From: Paraspadella gotoi
Taxonomy: Eukaryota; Animalia; Chaetognatha
NCBI GenBank assembly: GCA_051294375.1
Contig: CM119270.1
Span: 18,781,546 to 18,845,545, forward strand
DNA length: 64,000 bases
Direction: 5' to 3'
The notes below the pieces were generated by a model, which was given only the letters and a program-made list of their open reading frames with translations, searched no databases and had not been told where the DNA came from. Below, piece after piece: positions 59,498 to 64,000 of the stretch (its first letter is position 1; each line of letters starts with the position of its first letter). The translations under genes and the position numbers were made by a program.

Positions 59498-62400
59498 TTA
59501 AATTCCTAATGGACTTAGATTTACATAGAATTTTCCATCTTTTTTACCTTTTGTTGCCTCTATTGTTCCTTTATCATCGTCGACTTCTTCTTTTACAAAA
59601 GGTAAAATTGTTCCTCCATTTGAAGCTTTAGTTTCTTCATGAGTTGAAACTACTTGTATCGTGTTTTCATCAGTTTCATTACTGGTTTTTGTCTTTCCTT
59701 TTTGATAAACAATTACATCAACTTCAGTAGCTACCTTTTCACCCTCAATTTTTTCTTCTTCTTGTTCTTTTTCCAAAGTATTTCTGTCATCTTCAAAGTC
59801 AGTAGTCTTTTTTTGCCCATCAACTGTTTCCTTATCTTTGGATTCAACTTTAGTTACAACTTCATTTGTAATAACAATTTCTTCAGCCTCATCTCCATCT
59901 ACTTTTTCTTTAGTTTCACCTTTCTCAGATTCCTTATCATCTTCATCCTTAACTTTCTCTGACTCTTTTTGTTTCTCTTCTTTTTCTTTATCCTCTGTTA
60001 ATACAACTACTGCTGGTGTAATTTCTTCTTTTTTTTCATCTGTTTTTTCTTCAGTTTCTTTTATTTGTGTTTTCTTATCATTTTCATCCTTATCATTCTC
60101 TGACTCCATTTGTTTCTCTTCTTTTTCTTTATCCTCTGGTAATACAACTACTGCTGGTATAATTTCTTCTTTTTTTTCATCTGTTTTTTCTTCAGTTTCT
60201 TCTATTTGTGTTTTCTTATCATCTTCATTCTTATCTTTCTCTGACTCTTTTTGATCCTCTTCTTTTTCTTCATACCCTTTACAAGTTACAACTCCTACAT
60301 GCTCTGCCACATAAACTTTTTCATCTTCATCCTTATCTTTCTCGAACACTTTTTGTTTCTCTTCTTTTTCTTTATCCTCTGTTATTACAACTAGAGCTGG
60401 TATAATTTCTTCTTTTTCTTCAACTGTTTTTTCTTTAGTTTCTTCTATTAGTGTTTTCTTATCATCTTCATCCATATCTTTCTCTGACTCCTTTTGTTTC
60501 TTTTCTTTTTCTTTATCCTCGGTTAATTCAACTATGGCTGGTATAATTTCTTGTTTTTCTTCATCTGTTTTTTCTTCAGTTTCTTCTATTTGTGTTTTTT
60601 TAATATCTTCGTCCGTATCTTTCTCTGACTCTTTTTGTTTCTGTTCTTTTTCTTTATCTTCTGTTAATAAAAACTACTGCTGGTGTAAATTTCTTCTTTT
60701 TTCCATATGTTTTTCTTCAGCTTCTTCTATTTGGTTTTCTTATCATGCTTCATCCTTATCTTTTCATGACTCTCTTTGTTTTCTTCTTTTTCTTTTCCCT
60801 CTTAAACAACTACTGCTGGGTAATTCTCTTTTTCTTCCACTGTTTCTTCTTTAGATTCTTCTATTTTGTGTTTTCTATCATTTCATCCCTTATCTTTCTC
60901 TGACTGCTTTTGTTTCTCTTCTTTTCTTTATCCTCTGATAATACAACTACTGGTATTATTTCTTCTTTTTCTTCATCTGTTTTTTCTTCAGCTTCTTCTA
61001 TTTGTATTTTCTTATCATCTTCATCCTTATCTTTCTCTGACTCTTTTTGTTTCTCTTCTTTATCTTTATCCTCTGTTAATACAACTACTGCTGGTGTAAT
61101 TTTTTCTTTTTTTTCATCTGTTTTTTCTTCAGTTTCTTCTATTTGTGTTTTCATATCATCCTCATCCTTATCTTTCTCTGACTCTTTTTGTTTCGCTTCT
61201 TTTTCTTTATCCCCTGTTAATTCAACTACTGCTGGTGTAATTTCTTCTTTTTCTTCATCTGTTTTTTCTTCCGTTTCTTCTATTTGTATTTTCTTATCAT
61301 CTTCATTGTTATCTTTATCTGTCTTATTTTGTTTCTCTTTTTTTTCTTTATCCTCTGTTAATACAACTACTGGTATTATTTCTTCTTTTTCTTCATCTGT
61401 TTTTTTTATAGTTTCTTCTATTTGTGTTTTCTTATCATTTTCATCTATATCTTTCTCTGACTCTTTTTGTTTCTCTTCTTTTTTTTTATCCTCTGTTAAT
61501 ACAACTACTGCTGGTACAATTTCTTGTTTTTCTTCATCTGTTTTTTCTTCAGTTTCTTCTATTTGTGTTTTCTTATTATCTTTGTCCTTATCTTTCTCTG
61601 ACTCTTTTTGTTTCTTTTCTTTTTCTTTATCTTCTGTTAATAAAACTACTGCTGGTGTAATTTCTTCTTTTTCTTCATCTGTTTTTTCTTTAGTTTCTTC
61701 TGTTTGCGTTTTCATATCATCTTCATCCTTATCTTTCTCTGACTCTTTTTGTTTCTCTTCCTTTTCTTTATCCTCTGTTAATACAACTACTGGTATTATT
61801 TCTTCTTTTTCTTCATTTGTTTTTTCTTCAGATTCTTCTATTTGTGTTTTCTTATCATCTTCATCCTTATCTTTCTCTGACTCTTTTTGTTTCTCTTCTT
61901 TTTCTTTATCCCCTGTTAATTCAACTACTGCTGGTGTAATTTCTTTTTTTTCTTCATCTGTTTTTTCTTCCGTTTCTTCTATTTGTTTTTTCTTATCATC
62001 TTCATCCTTATCTTTATCTGTCTTATTTTGTTTCTCTTCTTTTTCTTTATCCTCTGTTAATACAACTACTGGTATTATTTTTTCTTTTTCTTCATCTTTT
62101 TCTTCTTCAGATTCTTCTATTTGTGTTTTCTTATCATCTCCATCCTTATCTTTCTCTGACTCTTTTTGTTTCTCTTTTTTTTCTTTATCCCCTGTTAATA
62201 CAACTACTGCTGGTGTAATTTCTTCTTTTTTTTCATCTGTTTTTTCTTTAGTTTCTTCTCTTTGTGTTTTGTTATCATCTTCATCCTTATCTTTCTCTGA
62301 CTCTTTTTGTTTCTCTTCCTTTTCTTTATCCTCTGGTAATACAACTACTGTTATTATTTCTTCTTTTTCTTCATCTGTTTTTTCTTCAGATTTTTCTATT

Positions 62401-64000
62401 TGTGTTTTCTTATCATTTTCATCCTTATCTTTCTCTGACTCTATTTGTTTCTCTTCTTTATCTTTATCCTCTGTTAATACAACTACTGCTGGTGTAATTT
62501 TTTCTTTTTCTTCATCTGTTTTTTCTTCAGTTTCTTCTATTTGTGTTTTCATATCATCCTCATCCTTATCTTTCTCTGACTCTTTCTGTTTCTTCTCTTT
62601 TTCTTTATCCCCTGTTAATTCAACTACTGCTGGTGTAATTTCTTCTTTTGCTTCATCTGTTTTTTCTTCCGTTTCTTCTATTTGTATTTTCCTATCATAT
62701 TTATCCTTATCTTTATCTGTCTTATTTTGTTTCTCTTCCTNNNNNNNNNNTGTATTTTCCTATCATCTTTATCCTTATCTTTATCTGTCTTATTTTGTTT
62801 CTCTTCTTTTTCTTTATCCTCTGTTAATACAACTACTGGTATTTTTTTTTCTTTTTCTTCATCTGTTTTTTCTTCAGATTCTTTTATTTGTGTTTTCTTA
62901 TCATCTTCATCCTTATCTTTCTCTGACTCTATTGTTTCTCTCTTTTCTTTATCCCTTGTTATACAACTACTGCTGGTGTAATTTCTTCTTTTTCTTTCAT
63001 CTGTTTTCCTTCCAGTTTCTTCTATTTGTGTTTTTTTATCATCTTCATCCTTTTCTTTCTCTGACTCTTTTTGTTTCTCTTCTTTATCTTTATCCTCTGT
63101 TAATACAACTCCTGTTGGCGTAATTTCTTCTTTTTCTTCATCTGTTTTTTTTATAGTTTCTTCTATTTGTGTTTTCTTATCATCTTCATCCTTATCCTTT
63201 TCATTTTGTTTCTCTTCTTTTTCTTTATCCTCTGTTAATACAACTACTGCTGGTGTAATTTCTTTTTTTTCTTCATCTGTTTTTTCTTCAGTTTTTTCCA
63301 TTTGTGTTTTCTTATCATCTTCATCTTTATCTTTCCCTGACTCTTTTTGTTTCTCTTCTTTTTCTTTATCCTCTTTTAATTCAACTACTGCTGGTGTAAT
63401 TTCTTCTTTTTCTTCATCTGTTTTTTCTTCAGTTTCTTTTATTTGTATTTTCTTATCATCTTCATTCTTATCTTTCTCTGACTCTTTTTGTTTCTCTTCT
63501 TTTTCTTTATCCTCTGTAAATACAACTACTGCTGGTCTAATTTCTTCTTTTTCTTCATCTGTTTTTTTTTCAGTTTCTTCTATTTGTATTTTCTTATCAT
63601 CTTCATCCTTATCTTTCTCTGACTCTTTTTGTTTCTCTTCTTTTTCTTTATCCTCTGTAAATACAACTACTGCTGGTGTAATTTCTTCTTTTTCTTCATC
63701 TGTTTTTTCTTTAGTTTCTTCTATTTGTATTTTCTTATCATCTTCATCCTGATTTTTCTCTGACTTTTTTTGTTCTTCTTCTTTTTCTTCATCTTCATTA
63801 GTAACCACTACTGCAACAACAATTTCTTCATTTTCTCCATCTTCTTTGTCTTGAGTTTCTCCTTTCTTTAATTCCTTAAGCTGTTCACCCTTATCTCCCT
63901 CATCTTTAGTTATAATTACTACTGCTGTAGTTTCATCCTCTTCATCTACTTCGTGTTCAATTTCTTTTTTCACTGATTCCTTATCATCTTCATCCTCATC
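59498..64000 (-). CDS. Giant E/K/D-rich tandem-repeat protein exon (46/47-aa unit, about 27 copies); 5' end outside the window
   Basis: ORF pieces 63973-62678, 62552-60861 and 60475-59498, open to the window edge. Unit EEITPAVVVLTEDKEKEEKQKESEKDKDEDDKKTQIEETEEKTDEEK. Unit-length variants differ by multiples of 3; frameshifts cluster at about 60480-60900 and near the N gap. Confidence 0.75.

Noticed and set aside
60910-63123. 737-aa Ser/Phe-rich ORF on the + strand
   Set aside because: Antisense shadow of the E/K/D repeat ORF; complements of GAA/AAA/GAT codons rarely make stops.

Overview
Eukaryotic DNA from an invertebrate animal, probably a protostome. GC-rich exon islands sit in AT-rich, microsatellite-dense introns. 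The assembly is noisy: seven exactly 25-N gaps, many 1-bp indels, and near-identical blocks repeated next to gaps. Genes reconstructed by hand-splicing are: (1) the 3' half of a misshapen/MAP4K4-TNIK-MINK kinase gene with its CNH domain (+, 964-10290), with about 70 aa missing, probably in a gap; (2) a 10-exon divergent importin-alpha (-, 24977-18064) with no IBB domain, an eroded minor NLS site and an acidic tail, plus a degraded second copy of its 3' end; (3) a neuroglian/L1CAM-family TM and FIGQY tail (-, 31205-28132) preceded by a short acidic ATG exon rather than Ig/FnIII exons; (4) a tentative multi-exon membrane-protein (tetraspanin-like) gene in a 2-3x repeated block at 34-57 kb; (5) a giant E/K/D-rich 46/47-aa repeat ORF (-, from beyond 64000 to 59498). 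Mobile DNA includes an internally deleted Ty3/Gypsy LTR element with a nested MITE (present in only one of three block copies), two other foldback MITEs, a tRNA-derived SINE family and a CCA-ended tRNA-Leu fragment. The most notable window-wide pattern is intron architecture: weak donors, frequent AAG acceptors, and G-rich 5' ends partly complementary to C-rich 3' ends, suggesting structure-assisted splicing. All calls are by eye; no searches were run.
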